A DNA stretch of 63,593 nt, counting the filler, from Chiloscyllium plagiosum (lineage: Eukaryota): NCBI RefSeq assembly GCF_004010195.1. It is 5 parts of one record of this genome, joined end to end, with 100 filler letters (N's around TTAATTAATTAA, not from the genome) between each part and the next. Parts side by side here need not be neighbours in the genome. Positions count along the whole stretch, not along the records: positions 34,973 to 57,353 come from NC_057715.1; 4 more parts are not named here. One strand, given 5' to 3'. Below are positions 40,040 through 53,057 of the stretch, one piece after another. A program made the position numbers and the translations under genes. Below the pieces are notes generated by a model. The model did no database searches. It saw only the letters and a list, made by a program, of their open reading frames with translations, and was not told the origin of the DNA. The first letter of the stretch is position 1; every line of letters starts with the position of its first letter.

Positions 40040-41530
40040 TGCAGCTGAATATGGAATGCTGCATCTGGGTAGTTATATCCATGTACTGTTGAATGCTTGT
40101 ACCACCACCTGTCAGTTCCACTCCAAACCATACCCAGTCCTGATTTGGTAATGCATTGCCATTTCTCAATTGCCATTGGGTCAAAATCCTGTATCACCCT
40201 TTCTAACAGCACCGTGGGTGTACCGAAACCATCTGGATTTCTGCAGTTCAACTAGGCAGCTTGATCCAATCTGTCAAGGCAATTAGGGATGAGCAATAAA
40301 TGCTTCCCTAGCCAGCAATGCCCACAACCCTTGAACAATTACAGTACAAAAAATGACAGGGCTGCAAAAACCACAGGGCAAGCCGGGATTGTTGGGACAG
40401 ACACTGGAACCTTGGTATGATTTTACAGATGAAATAGTTGCCTTCAAATTGCATTCTTGCATAAGAGCAACTTCTTTCTCTCAGGGCCATGTAGCCTCAG
40501 ACCTCACTACAGCTTTGTGTTAATCATGCAGTAAAAGCTATATTCAAGCGTTGAGGTGAAATTGACTACCCCTAGTTGAGTATGGCATCAAAAAACTGCA
40601 GCAGAAATGAAGTCAATGCGCATGGAAAAACAAGCCAAAATCATAGTCATTATTGTGTTTTATAGAGGCCAAATATCTTATCCTCAGGACCTCACTGCAG
40701 GACTTCCTCGGGATGGAGGATGTTCACTGATGACAGCGCAATGTTCACACACCTCGGCTACTGCACATGTTTGATGTGGACAAGTGGAAAGAAACATTTG
40801 TCCAGATGTATGACAGGAAATGACTATCTCCAACAAAAACAGAGCCTGTGCAACTTTTTTGTGATGCTCAATAATATTACAATTGCTGAATTACTTCTCA
40901 CCATTTGCTCCAGGTCATCCCAGTGACCAGAAACTAAACTGGATCAGCAGTGCAAGGAGAGATGTGGCTAGAAGAGCAGGTCAGAGATTGGGGAGTTTTG
41001 CAGTGAGTAATTCAGGACATGATCCCCCAAAGCTGTCTACTATATCCAATAATTCATGACCATGACGGGATGCTCTCCACGAGGTGGATGAGTGTAATTT
41101 CAAAAACACTAAAGAAAGTTGACGCCATCCAGGAGGACTAGGTGGCTTTGATTGATTGGCCATCTGCTATCTTTAACAGTCATTCCCTCTATCACTGGAA
41201 TACACTCTATAGTATTTCCAAATTACACCGCAGCAACTCACCATGCTCCTTCTATAGCCCATGCAAGGAGAAAGGCAACAAATGCATGGGAAGAACACTA
41301 GCTCCCAAGTTCCCTTTTAAGCTACACACTATCATTACTTGGAGCTATATCCTTGACTATCACCTGAGTCAATGTTCTGTAATTTCCTGATATACCTGCA
41401 GCAGATAAACTACAATAATTCAAGAAGGTGGCTCACCACCCCCTCCCCCGCCCCCCCCCCCCCCAAAGGACAAATTAAGGATGGTCACCAAATACTAGTC
41501 TTGCCATTGGCATTGACATTTACATCCCAT
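40040..41530. mobile_element. Old CR1/L2-group LINE 3' fragments
   Basis: MFTDDS (RT box) and GGCAATTAGGGATGAGCAATAAATGC-type ends. Confidence 0.65.
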
Positions 41531-41749
41531 TAAAAGAATTAAGAATGGAATTTATAATGTCTGCTTTATTTGACTATGTGATATTGTTGTTTCAGACCCA
41601 TCCCCTTCCTTAGCTGGGTAATGTAAGCTAATCTAATTAATGAACTCTGTAGATGTAGAGCTTCAATTTAAGTAAAAATGTAAACGGTGTTTTTGAATTA
41701 AGATTGGTTTCTGGTACAAATGAAATAAGGTGTCCCCTAACTTTTTTGG

Positions 41750-42032
41750 CAACCATTCTTGCCCCTGAGTCAGAAGCTTATGTCAGATTTTGAGGATATA
41801 GTCTAGGTTGCCATGCCAATGCAGTAATGTGGAACTGCTGCACTATCAGAGGAGCGCACCTTTTGAATGAGATATTAAGTGGTGATCTCACCTACCTGTG
41901 CCAGTGAAAGGAAATAACTCCAAGGCCCAAATTGATAAGAGCGATGGCAGTACATAACAATTAACTGGAAATTCATTTTATTTGTTGTTTTGTAGGATTT
42001 TTCTGTCTAAAATCGGCTGCAGGTTTACCTAC
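41750..42032 (+). mobile_element. Deu-domain SINE (SacSINE1-like), old
   Basis: TGCTGCACTATCAGAGG..CTTTTGAATGAGATATTAA and TTGTAGGAT..AAATCGGCTGC..TTTACCTACA resemble the Deu core. Confidence 0.65.
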
Positions 42033-42989
42033 AGAACATTTCTATTTCTTTAAAATCTAGGAAAGTGGACCTCCCGAATTGTTTGTTTAACTCAGAGTCT
42101 ATGTTTACACATGGCAGGAAAGAATGAATAGATTGTTAGATGCCTTAATGGATAGTAGGAAGGAGTGTGCATTCGTTGTGTGAAACAGCTCTACCTCTGT
42201 TCTGAGGGCTAAGGCTGTTTTTCACTTTCAAATTGAACTGGATACAGCTCTGCTGTATTATAACTGATTTCAGGTGACATGCTGCAATGTGTAATAGGAT
42301 ATGACAACATCGAAATAGATGCATTATTGTTACCAGTCACATGCATGTGCCTAGTTCTGAGAATTTGCACCAGTATGGCCTTTTCATGAAATACACCTTT
42401 GTATTCTCTGGTGGTAGAAAGAAACTGATGGCTAGAAAATGGCACTTTTGTCAATTTGCAAGAGGTTTCACATTTTGCAAGCCACCAGTAGGCCCTCTTT
42501 CACAGAAAATGAAAAAGCAAGAAGGGAAGTAAGATAGCAGCAGAAGCAGACTTGGCTGCATCAGACCAAGGCATACCTATTGGCAGTGATGGGAAAGAAC
42601 TCACTCCACAGGCTCTGGTTCAGTAGGGACGTATTGCCATCTGTTGTGCGGAGTCCTGCAGCCAAATTTTATCTGAAGGCCAATACTGCCTGTAATAACT
42701 GATTGTGGCACTTACACATTATACCTCTGCCATAAGGGGAGTTTGAAATATCAGCCAATTTGTTGTTCAATGATATATCAAACATCTGACAGATAATTAC
42801 TCAAAACTGGCATATTCATTCTCTGTGAACATCAATGCTCGCATGATAGGGCTGTCTTATTTAACCATGCTGCTGTACAGTTACATTAAGGGAAGTAGGC
42901 CGCAAAATCAGCACTGTAGTGAAACTAGTTTTGGTGCAATGTTTGCTTCAAATTATGTCCCCTTGGCATGCATATGTTCATGTCAGCAT

Positions 42990-43520
42990 TTCAGTTTGTT
43001 TTATTATTCCAAGATATAGTGAAAAGTATTCTTCTTTGTACTATTGAGACAAATCATACCTTACATAAGTACATCAGGGTAATAGAACTGAATGCAGAGT
43101 ATCGTGTTACAGCTACAGAAAGCTGCACAGAAAGATCAACTCTAATAGATGAGAGGTCCATGTATTCATCTCATAACAGCAGGGAAGAAGCTGTTCTTAA
43201 ATCTGATGGTACATGTTTTCAAACGTTTATAGCTTCTACCCAAATGAAGAGAGTATAACTGGGATGGGAGGGGTCTTTGGTTATGTTGGCTGTTTTCCTG
43301 AGGCAGCGGGAAGTGTAGACAGAGTCAATGGAAGGGAGACTGTTTTTTGAGATGGACTGGAATGTGTTCACAACTCTATTTATTTTGCTGTCGTGGGCAA
43401 AGCATTTGCCATTCCAAGCTGTAATGCATCCAGATAGGATATTTTCTATGGTGCATCTCTAAAAATTGGTAAGACTCATTGTGGACGTGCTGAATTTTCT
43501 TTTCCTTTTGACCTAAGCAT
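42990..43520 (-). mobile_element. Rex1/Babar LINE 3' end
   Basis: Minus strand NFY.CTIENILSGCITAWNG-like and LPSIDSVY..RCL motifs. Confidence 0.75.
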
Positions 43521-44337
43521 TGGTATGCTCGTGATAGATACCATTTTGAGGGGGTGTGGAAGCATAGGCCAAATTGTAATATCAGCATGCAACAAAACAT
43601 TGATGCCAGTGCTGTTATTTTCAACAGCACTACTACAGCTAACATCCTTTCTTAGACATGCTCAACTCAAAATGATTATAAGATTCATACTGAACTTGAA
43701 ATGTTAACTCTGTTTCTTGTTCCACAGATGCTACCAGACATGCTGAGTTTCTCGAGCATGTACTGAGTTTACAATTGAAAATGTGTTTGGCAGAAGAAAG
43801 GAACCCACACTCTAATCAGAACAGTTTTCAGGGAATTTTTAAATACTGTCAGGTTAGTTAATGATTCATTTAAGTGAAATCCACTGCTTAAATTCTAAAG
43901 TTTCCAGCCTTAAGCAGGATTTAGTAAAGTCGCCAGTGAGCTTAGTTAATTAAAGACAGGCCTTTAAATGATTCCTCTGTAATTGGTTCAGCTTGGGCTT
44001 AAGTGTTAGTTACATATAAAACTAGCCAACTTTGTGTGACTTACAAAGCATGCTGAGAATTGGTAATTAAGGACATTTGGGGAAGCAGGGAAAGAGACGT
44101 TCCTTTAATTTTGCTTTGCTTTTTCAAAGGTTTACAGCCTCCAGGTATTGGTTCTTACTCTGCTGTAAGTGAAGGTGCTACTCATTTGGTAAATATTTAT
44201 GAATTGACTAAGGTTTCTTCTGTTCCCAAGTTCAAAATAATATAGCAACTGGTAGTAAGATTAATACAATGTATAAAACCAAAAGTAAATACATCCTTGA
44301 AAATAATAATTAAGTAGTTAATTAAAACACATTAAGG

Positions 44338-45230
44338 ATGGCAAGAGGGTGATGTGTCACAGCTGCAGGGTATGGGAATTCCTGGATCCCAGTGTGGTGT
44401 AGGGCAAATACATCTGCAGTAAATGTTTAAAGTTTGAATAGCTTTGATCAGAGTTTATGAGCTGGAGGCTGAATTACAGACACTACAATACTTAGGAAGG
44501 GGGAATGTTTCATGGGTGCTTCAGAACACGTCTTAGTATAGCATCATCTGATTTGGTCAGTATTTAGAGATAGGGGAGTGTGATTGCAAATGAGGCAGTT
44601 AAGGGGACCCTGAGGTCAAAAGTGCAAGAACTTCTTCCTTTGTTTCCATCCAATAGGTTTGCAGTTCTTTCTACCTGTTTGGATGAGATAGGAACTAACC
44701 ATGGAACCCTGGTACAGGAAGCCATTCAAGTAGGGAAACAAAAATAAATGTAGTAGTTGTGGGGGACAGTATCATCAGGAATTGACTCAGTTCTCCTGAG
44801 AAAAGAGTGGGAGTACAGATTACTTTGTTGCCTGGCAAGTGTTAGGGTTCAGACATCTGCTCAGGGTTAGAAAGGAACATGTATTGGCTGGGAAGGATCA
44901 CTATCTAGTGCCAAAGACAAAGACAGGCCTAAGAAGAAGTGAGAAACTAGGCACCAAATTAAGGAGTAGAACCTTAAAGAACAAATCTTCTGAAAGCCGG
45001 GCCATGCACAAATTGACACAGTCAAATCAGAATAGCGAGGTGAATGTGTGGCTCAAAGCCTGGTGGGGAAGGAGTAGGTTACAGTTCATGGGGCACTGGT
45101 CTAGGACTGGCAAAATTGGGATTGGAACTGTTGGGAGGGTCTCCATCTGAACCATATTCAGGTCGCTGTTCTTGTGAGCTATATAACTAGGGAATTAGGG
45201 AGAATAACAAACCAAATAGGGAAGGCAATG
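44338..45230 (+). mobile_element. Degenerate CR1 ORF1 (zinc finger plus esterase)
   Basis: MARG.MCHSC..WE..YICSKC; VVVVGDSII; N.WLK.W...F.GHW. Confidence 0.75.
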
Positions 45231-45559
45231 AGGGATCTAATTTTAGAAGGTGTGCTAATCAAAGAATGGAGGCAATACAAAGAGAGCTCTGAACCTGACT
45301 CTTTTGGGCTCTGTCCGAGTTGTGTTGGGACTATCTTGAATGATTGTCTCTGCGAAACCTAGCAAGTTCTCTCACTGAATCTAACCAAACTCACCTCATC
45401 TCAGCCCATGGTGTGTCTCACATCTGATTTCCATACACTGTGCCCAGAACAACTCGCCACTCAGCGGATATCCCGGAATTCACTGGCATCCTGTGTGCCT
45501 ACACGATCTTTAAAAGCTCACTGTGAAGCTAATCAAGCACTGTCAGCCCAGAGCTGCCC

Positions 45560-46932
45560 TGCACAGTTAACTACATTGACCCGAACAGGGGAATTTGGCA
45601 ACTTGCTTTGCGGGTAGGGTTCGAGAGGTCCTTCTCGCTGCAGTGTTGCTAACATGGGACTTGGTGCTCCCCCAGGCCCTCCGAATGCTTCTTTCTCATC
45701 CAGTTACTGTAGAAAGATTTTCACCAGATTGTCTCCCCATACTTTCTATTGAGGTGTCAGTATCTGGACTGAATGGTAGGTGTGCAGGAGCCAACCTTGC
45801 CAATGCTTCCTCCGAGGCTCCAAGGGGTTGCCTTTTGGGGAGCTGGCCATCTCCATGGGAGTAGTGGAGATGCTGACTGTACATGCAAAAAGAGAGAGAA
45901 TGGTCAGAAGTGATGTGCAGTAAATGACTGGCAGAGGGGTTGATGTGTGATGTTCAATGTAATAAAGAAGGTGCTTAGTTACTAGAACATGGATATCTCA
46001 GCATCCCAGCAGGAGTGGTCCTAGTTTTCTCCTGCAAGGGCAAGGATTCTCTGCTTGTAGGGGTGAGGAGTCTAAAGTCAGGCACTCCTCCACCTCCAGG
46101 CCTTTTCTGCCTTGCTGTGGCCTGTCTTCTCCTGGAATGAGAGAAAGGCAGGGATTGAGTGAAGTGAAGCTGTTAGTGCTGGTGCAGGGAGGGTGAGGTG
46201 AAGAGGTGTTCCGAGGTATTGAGGAGGTATTGCAGAGGCCACACAGGGCTAGTGCTGTGGGAGGTTGGGAATGGGAAGAACAAGTGAGGGAAAATGTTGG
46301 AGGGAACAGTGAGAGTGGCAGAGCATGAACCTTTCAAGGAGGTGTGTGCATTAACAAAGAGCGAATGTGAGGTTGCAGAGAGAAGAGTGTGTCACTTGCC
46401 GGGGCACAGAGGGGGATGGCCAATGACTTTCCTAAGCCAATGCTACTGTTTCTCCAGACCAAGGAGACAGCATTGATCCATCTGGGCCCAAGTTGCCAGC
46501 ATCTAGTGGCATAACCTCCATTGCCAGACCACTGGGAAGACAATGCCTCTCCCCTGCTCCACCTTGTTGATCAGGACCTCCAGGACTCAGTCAGAGAACG
46601 GGTGACATGGTAGCTCTGTGGTTAGCACTGCTGCCTCACAGTGCCAGGGACCCAGGTTTGACTCCAGCCTTGGGCGACTGTCTGTGTGGAGTTTGTACAT
46701 TCTCCCCATGTCTGTGTGAGTTTCGTCCGGGTGCTCCGGTTTCCTCCCACAGTTCAAAGATGTGTAGGTCAGGTGAATTGGCCATTCTAAATTGCCCGTA
46801 GTGTTAGGTGCATTAGTCAGAGGGAAATGGGTCTGGGTGGGTTACTCTTCAGAGGGTCAAGGTGGACTTGTTGGGTTGAAGGGCCTGTTTCCACATTGTA
46901 GGGAATCTAATCTAATCTAATTGCGTTGCCAT
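45560..46932 (-). mobile_element. Harbinger/PIF-type Myb/SANT-like ORF remnant with introns
   Basis: MATQ (about 46931), SINE insert, then PFSD*VLEVLINKV..W..INAVS..R; after TTTCTCTCATTCCAG acceptor: EKTGHSKAEKA..GGGVPDFRLLTP. Confidence 0.65.
46598..46920 (+). mobile_element. HE1/V-SINE
   Basis: Complete head, core and (ATCTA)n tail. Confidence 0.92.
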
Positions 46933-47814
46933 TTTTTCCTTCTCAGACATATTCGGAAAGCGTTCCTGACCGAACACGGCAATTTTGGAATGCCAATGCT
47001 CGTCCAGGTGCACAGCAGAGTTTTAGAGATAGTGTGGGCTGTGATGATGTTGTGGTTTTAAGAGCTGTTCCTATCCTGGTTTCTTTTAGAGAGAGATTGA
47101 AGGGGAGAACTGATGAGCGGCCTATGAGAACATAAAGAATTTGTGAGTCCTAGGGGTTTTTTTTAAGTTGGAACAATAGTAGCAGCCTGACTGGGTGTGG
47201 TTAAGCTCTCACAGATCCAGGAGTTTTCGTTGGCTTTCAGCAGTTGCTGTTGTGGGCTTGAAGAAGTGGAAGGTATCCTTCCCTTTCTTGATTACAGACA
47301 AAAGCTGGTGATTCTCATTCTAGACAGCTGATTGCATGTAAAACAAAACTTGTTTTCTAAATTTTCCTTTTTTGCCAAACAGTGTGTTTAAGGGATGTTA
47401 CTATACACAACAGCAGGTGAGACTTGAATTCGGGCCAGAGGTATGTACACTACCATTGTGTAACAAGACAAACACAAACTATTAGGCATATGATGAGCAT
47501 TTTAGAGCAGGAGAATGTAAAGGAAGAGCAGAATGAATGGAAGGGGCCAGCACCTCTCTTTCCATTCAGATTTCTTTGATCTCCTCGTTTGATTATGAGC
47601 TCACTTACTTCCTTCTACAGCCTGAAGGCCTTAGCAGAGGTGTAGCTGGGTTGTACATGGTATAGGCTGGTTTTGTAATACTGACCTGGTTCTAGCCCCC
47701 TGCTGAGGCAGGCTGCCACTCAGGAGCACATGTAACACTGGGCTGCACATTGCTACCATTTAGTTTAGCAAATAGTGTGAACTCTGTCTGGTTAACAAGA
47801 ATGAGCCATAAGTT

Positions 47815-48162
47815 AATCATACAATCCCTACAGTGTGAAAATAGGCCATTTCGCCCAACAGTTCACACCAACCCTCCAGAGAGTAACCCACCCAGACCCA
47901 TTCCCCTCCCCTATTACTGTACGTTTCCCCCAACTAATGCACCTCACCTACACATCCCTGAACTCTATGGGCAATTTAGCATGGCCAATTCTCCTAACCT
48001 GTACATCTTTGGACTGCAGAAGGAAATCAGAGCACCTGGAGGAAACTCACACAGACACGGGGGGATTGTGCAAACTCCACACAGATAGTCAACCAAGGCT
48101 GGTATTGAACCTGGGTCCCTTAAGCTGTGAGGCAGCAGTGCTAACCACTAAACCACCATGCC
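47815..48162 (-). mobile_element. HE1/V-SINE
   Basis: Reverse-complement head, core and tail. Confidence 0.9.
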
Positions 48163-49711
48163 ATCAGGCATCACAATTCCTGCACTGGATTTCTGGTCTT
48201 ATCCAATATTTTCTCCAGCAGATTAACCATTCACTAACTTATGTGTTTGAAGAAAAAGATAGCAGAACTCATATAGTGTCTTTCAAAAATTTCAGGATGC
48301 TCAAGCTATTTCGGCACCAAGGGGATACCTTTGAAGGATATCACTTGTTGTAAATTAGGGAATGCTTAAGGCCGTTACTTGGTATGGTAAAGTTAAGCAG
48401 ATTTCCTCAAGACTGCCATCTCCTTTATTATTCTCCTCCCTACCCACTACTTCATGAGAAGGTTCTCTGAAAGTGACACGCAGCACCACTCTGTTTTACC
48501 TTAATTCTCAGGACATGAACTGAAGTGCTTCTTCCGTCAATATAAAAGGATGCTATTCAGAACTCACCATTTCATTGCAGTCATTCACCTTCAGTCACCT
48601 GAGATCGTTGGTCTGTGAAAAATGCAGCCCTTTAAAAATTCCTGACAACTTTCTGACTGCCCAGACAGGCAGCTCATTGTGGTGAGTAAAAGCTCAACTT
48701 GATTTCATCATTCGGCTCAAACCTTGAAATTGTGGTAGTACCATCTGTACCTCCAGTAGCTTGGCTGAATCCCCAGTGTAGATAAAAATGTAAACTGTAT
48801 TTTCAACAGGAAAACCACCATTCCTTGAAAGATTAAAGAAATATCATCTGCACTTCTGATTGACTACATTCTTCAAAGAGCTTCAGTTTATAGCTATCAT
48901 AAAGGAGTTGTGAACTTACTAATTACAATTTTCAGTTCTAAACATGTGATTTACTGACTGCTAGTTGTTTTTTGCTGAGTATCACAACAGGAGAAAAGTG
49001 AAATGCTGATGGAGAAAACTGAACACTGGAAACTATATGTAGCAATATCTGTGCTTAGCATTTAATGACAACTTTGAAAATATAGTACCTGGGCAATCTA
49101 TAGTTATTAAAGAATTTCCCCATGTGGATGGATTTAAAAAAATGCAATTAAAATGCAGTAGTGAAATGCTTATGCATAATGTAAGATAAACAGTCTGAAA
49201 TATATCATGGAGCACATGGGTTGATGTCATAAACCACAGTGTAAAGTGAGGCCACTTCTAAAAACATCACCTCTTCACTGCCACCTTTATTTTCTGGTAT
49301 AAGCACGATCCTAAATATCTCCCATAAATTCATAACATGATTCTGTCTGATCCTGCAAGCAGACATTTATGATGAATTTTTCTTTTTGCAAGGTTTTTAT
49401 TTGTACTTGGAAAGCTAGCAAACTGTGAATTGTACCATTTGGAGCACCAGAGTTCTCTGGTTTGCTCAATGCTCTGATTCCAGCTGATGTTATTGCTGGA
49501 CAAGTCAGATGGCAAACTGAAATCTGGCTTGTTAGATCATAATAAGGTGGTCTCTCGCTGAACATATGCAATGTTCCTGATTTGGTTTCAACCAAGTAAT
49601 AAAACTGAAGTTTATTATGCAGAAGAAATAAAGCTTTACAGTAGAATAATCCAAATTGTTTATATATAATACACCTTTAAAGACTTTAAAATATACAATA
49701 GAAATATAGCA

Positions 49712-50545
49712 AAATAAAAAGAAGAACTGCAGATGCTGGACATCTGAGACAGAAACAGGAATTGCTCAAAAAGCTCAACAGGCCTGGCAGCATCTGTGGA
49801 AAGAAAGCAGAGTTAACATTTTGGGTGTAGTAACTCTTCTTCAGAACTGACAATAGCAGGGAAAGATGCTGAAGGCAGGGGTTGAGAGTGGATGTAAAGG
49901 AGTGAGTGATAGGTGGAAACAGGGGACAGAGGACAGTTAGGCAGACAAAGGCATGGCTAATGGTAAGCCAGGGAAGGAGATAATGAGGGACTATGAGTGG
50001 GTGAAAATGAATTGGCAGTGCTGAAAGCAGCCCATGTGATGGCAAGGCCAGGGTTGTGAGAGTGGGCAAAGGGCGTAGAAGAAAGTATTCAGACCCTAAA
50101 ATTATTGAACTCTGTCGTGAAGGCTGCAGGGTTCCCAAGTGGAAAATGGGTGCTGTTCTTCCAACTTGTGCTAAGCCTCACTGGAGCACTGGAGCAAACC
50201 TGAGACAGCAATGTTGGCCGGACAACATGGGGTGCATTGAAGTGGCAGGTAACTAGATGCTCAGAGTCATTGTTGGGGACAGAGCATAAGGGTTCCACAA
50301 AGTAGTCACCCAAGTCTGCACTTTGTCACCCCAGTGTAGCAGCGGACTAGATTACGTGAAGTGCAGGTAAATCCCTGGAAAGTGTGTCTGGGGCCTTGGA
50401 TGGTGAGGAGGGAGGAAGTAAATGGGCAAGTGTTGTACCTTCTGTGATTGCATGGGAAGGTGCTGTGGGGTACCGGAAGGTGTTGGTAATGGAGGAGGTG
50501 TATACCTCATGGATACCTGACAAGGGAGAAGAATATGTGTTCAGT
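49712..50545 (-). mobile_element. Penelope-like GIY-YIG end plus family C pseudo-LTR
   Basis: TGVTKCRLGDYFVEPL..VTCHFN; pseudo-LTR TTCTGAAGAAGAGTTACTACACCCAAAATGTTAAC. Confidence 0.8.
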
Positions 50546-51719
50546 GGAGGCCTCCCAGCATTTCTGCCATCTCTGGTGGGATGTTATAAACTGACCAATG
50601 GCAGAATTGTCAGCATTCACTGGCACCAATTGCTTCCATTTTCTAATTGGGTGTGGAGAAGGGCACAAAATGTTTTTTTTTGAGGGCCTTCTAAAAACAA
50701 TTTCTCAGATGCTACATTTTGATGTTTGAGGACTTTTTTATTCTTGATCATTCACTTATTAAATGATGCAGTTCAGCCGTGACAGTGTCTTCCGCATTTC
50801 TGTTGACATATAGGATGTGTTTTGTGTAAGAATGGTGGACTGTAGCTTTAAAAGTCTCATCATGTTGCATCATTAGCTATTTTGGGCGGGAAATGGCTTA
50901 GTCTAAAGTTGCGGCCTTTAGAGTGAATTGCTCAATAATAAAGCTCCTGCTGTATAACACTTCAGCCTCCTGCTCCTTCCTGGAATGTAACAGTATATTT
51001 GGACTCACACAGAAGCAGAATTAGAATAATTAATAATTATCCTAAATAATTATCAACCCTCCCCAATAAACATAAAACAATAAGACACAAGCATGAGTTT
51101 CTTTGACCCCACAGTATTTAGAGTCATAGAGATGTACAGCACGGAAACAGACCCTTTGGTCCAACTCGCCCGTGCCGGCCAGATATCCCAACCCAATCTA
51201 GTACCACAATGAGTTATGAATCACAGATTTATTACAGTACAGAAGGAAGTCATTTGGCCCATTGTGTGCCTACGCCAACTTTATTGTTTAGTCTGGCACC
51301 ATTACCTAGTGCCAATCTCTTCACACTGTTTCTGTCCAATTCCATCTTGAATACTGCAATTGAAGTGGCCTCCAGTACATTTCCAGGTAGTGTATTCCTT
51401 GGCATAAGTTAACAGAGATGCATTAGCCACGAAAGTTTTTTTTAAAATAAATGAGATACAAAAAGCCATCAACCCGACACTTCTCCCACAGACTAGTGAG
51501 GTCATAGCTAAAGTGTTTCTTTCTCATATACACAAAGCTGAAAGATTTCAATTAACACAGTGTTCATTATAATAGCATCCACTACCTTTTTGCTTCATAT
51601 GGTAGCTCCTGAGCATATGAATTAAGCAGGAAGTTTCACATTCTTTTGCAAGGAATTCATTACTGTAGTGATTTCAAGTATTCCTCATTAGTTGAGTATT
51701 CATTTATGGCCACGGTTAA

Positions 51720-52235
51720 AACTGTTTCTCTCCTTTGTAGCCTCCCTCTCACAATCTTGCAGCTTCACTCTTTTCTTGCTGCCGCTTCTCTCTTGCTACC
51801 TCCTCTCTTTTTGTCGCTACCTCTCCTCCCCCACTTGTAGTTCCCCCTTTCACTTTTCAGCCTCTCCCACTTTTCCCTCCTTGCAATCTAGAACACTTTA
51901 GTCCTCTCACAGCCTCACCCTTATCTCCTTCGCATTCTCCCCTCTCCTCAATGCTGTTGCGGCCTCTTCCTCTTCCATTCTTGCAACCTCATCTCCTTCC
52001 CCCTTACAGATACACCCTTTTCTTTGCTGCGTCCATCTCTTTCACTTTATAGGGTTCACATTTGTCCCTGATTTGCAACCTGCAAATCTATATCCTCCAC
52101 TATCCCACCCCACAGCTCTCACATCCACCCCTTGTCCACCCTATCATCATCACACTCTCTCAATCCTGAAGCATCTCCCTTTTTTTGCAGCCTCCCTTTT
52201 TGTGGTATCTTTTCTCTGCTTCCACCCCTAACCTC
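51720..52235 (+). repeat. Pyrimidine-rich low-complexity tract
   Basis: Strong C/T bias with degenerate short CCTC/TGCAGCCTC units. Confidence 0.7.
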
Positions 52236-52892
52236 AGTGCAGAGGTGTGTAGATGCTGAACTTGAATCAGGCAAGTCAGTCAGAGAAATGATGAAACTTG
52301 TCAGTGAAGAAGCAGATTTTGGAGATATTTTTCATAATCTGGCGATATGGAGTAAGCCATGTAGGCTTAAGTGGAAATGCAGTGCTCTGATAGTGGAAGG
52401 TTTCTATCACATAGTGAAACAGAGGCAAAAGGCTGCTTAGTGAGCCAGATGGAGAAGACTAAGAGAGCAAGCTGAGATGTTGAACTGGAGGAAATTGGAA
52501 ATGATGGTCTAACAGAGCTATTTGTAATAAAAACATAAACTTATAACTAATCTTTGGAGAGTCAATACTAACCAATACTTTTGATATGAAATCCAATATG
52601 TTACACTCTTGATTTTTTTGTAGCCAGGAGCACTTACTATTGTAGATAATTGTCTCTATACTAATAGCACTAATTATTATTTTTGCTTTGAAATATTTTT
52701 CCGAATCACCCATATTTGAATTCTGTTCTGCTGAGTTTACTTTTTTTTTGTTTCAAAATTGTAAATTTTAATAATTGTATTTAGTTGCTCAAATATATCA
52801 AAGAAACCACAAAACTTTACAAAGGAATTTTAATTAAGAACAATTCAAATAATTTCTCACATTGTAATGAAAGTGAATCTGCAGGAGTATTA

Positions 52893-53057
52893 GGAGCAAT
52901 TACTGCAAATGCTGGAATCTGTACTGAAAAACAACAAATGCTGGAGATCACAGCTTCAGCTAATATGAAGAGTCATCTACACTTGAAACGTTAGCTTGCT
53001 GTCTCTCCATGGATGCTGTCTGAGCTGCTGTGAAATCCAGCATTTGTTGTTTTCAGC
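52893..53057. mobile_element. Penelope-type fold-back fragment (family C-like)
   Basis: CTGAAAAACAACAAATGCTGGAGATCACAGC inverted against GCTGTGAAATCCAGCATTTGTTGTTTTCAG; central TGAAGAGTC..GAAACGTTAG. Confidence 0.75.

Noticed and set aside
47040..47410. Possible solo LTR
   Set aside because: Starts with TG but no partner LTR, clear end or TSD could be identified.
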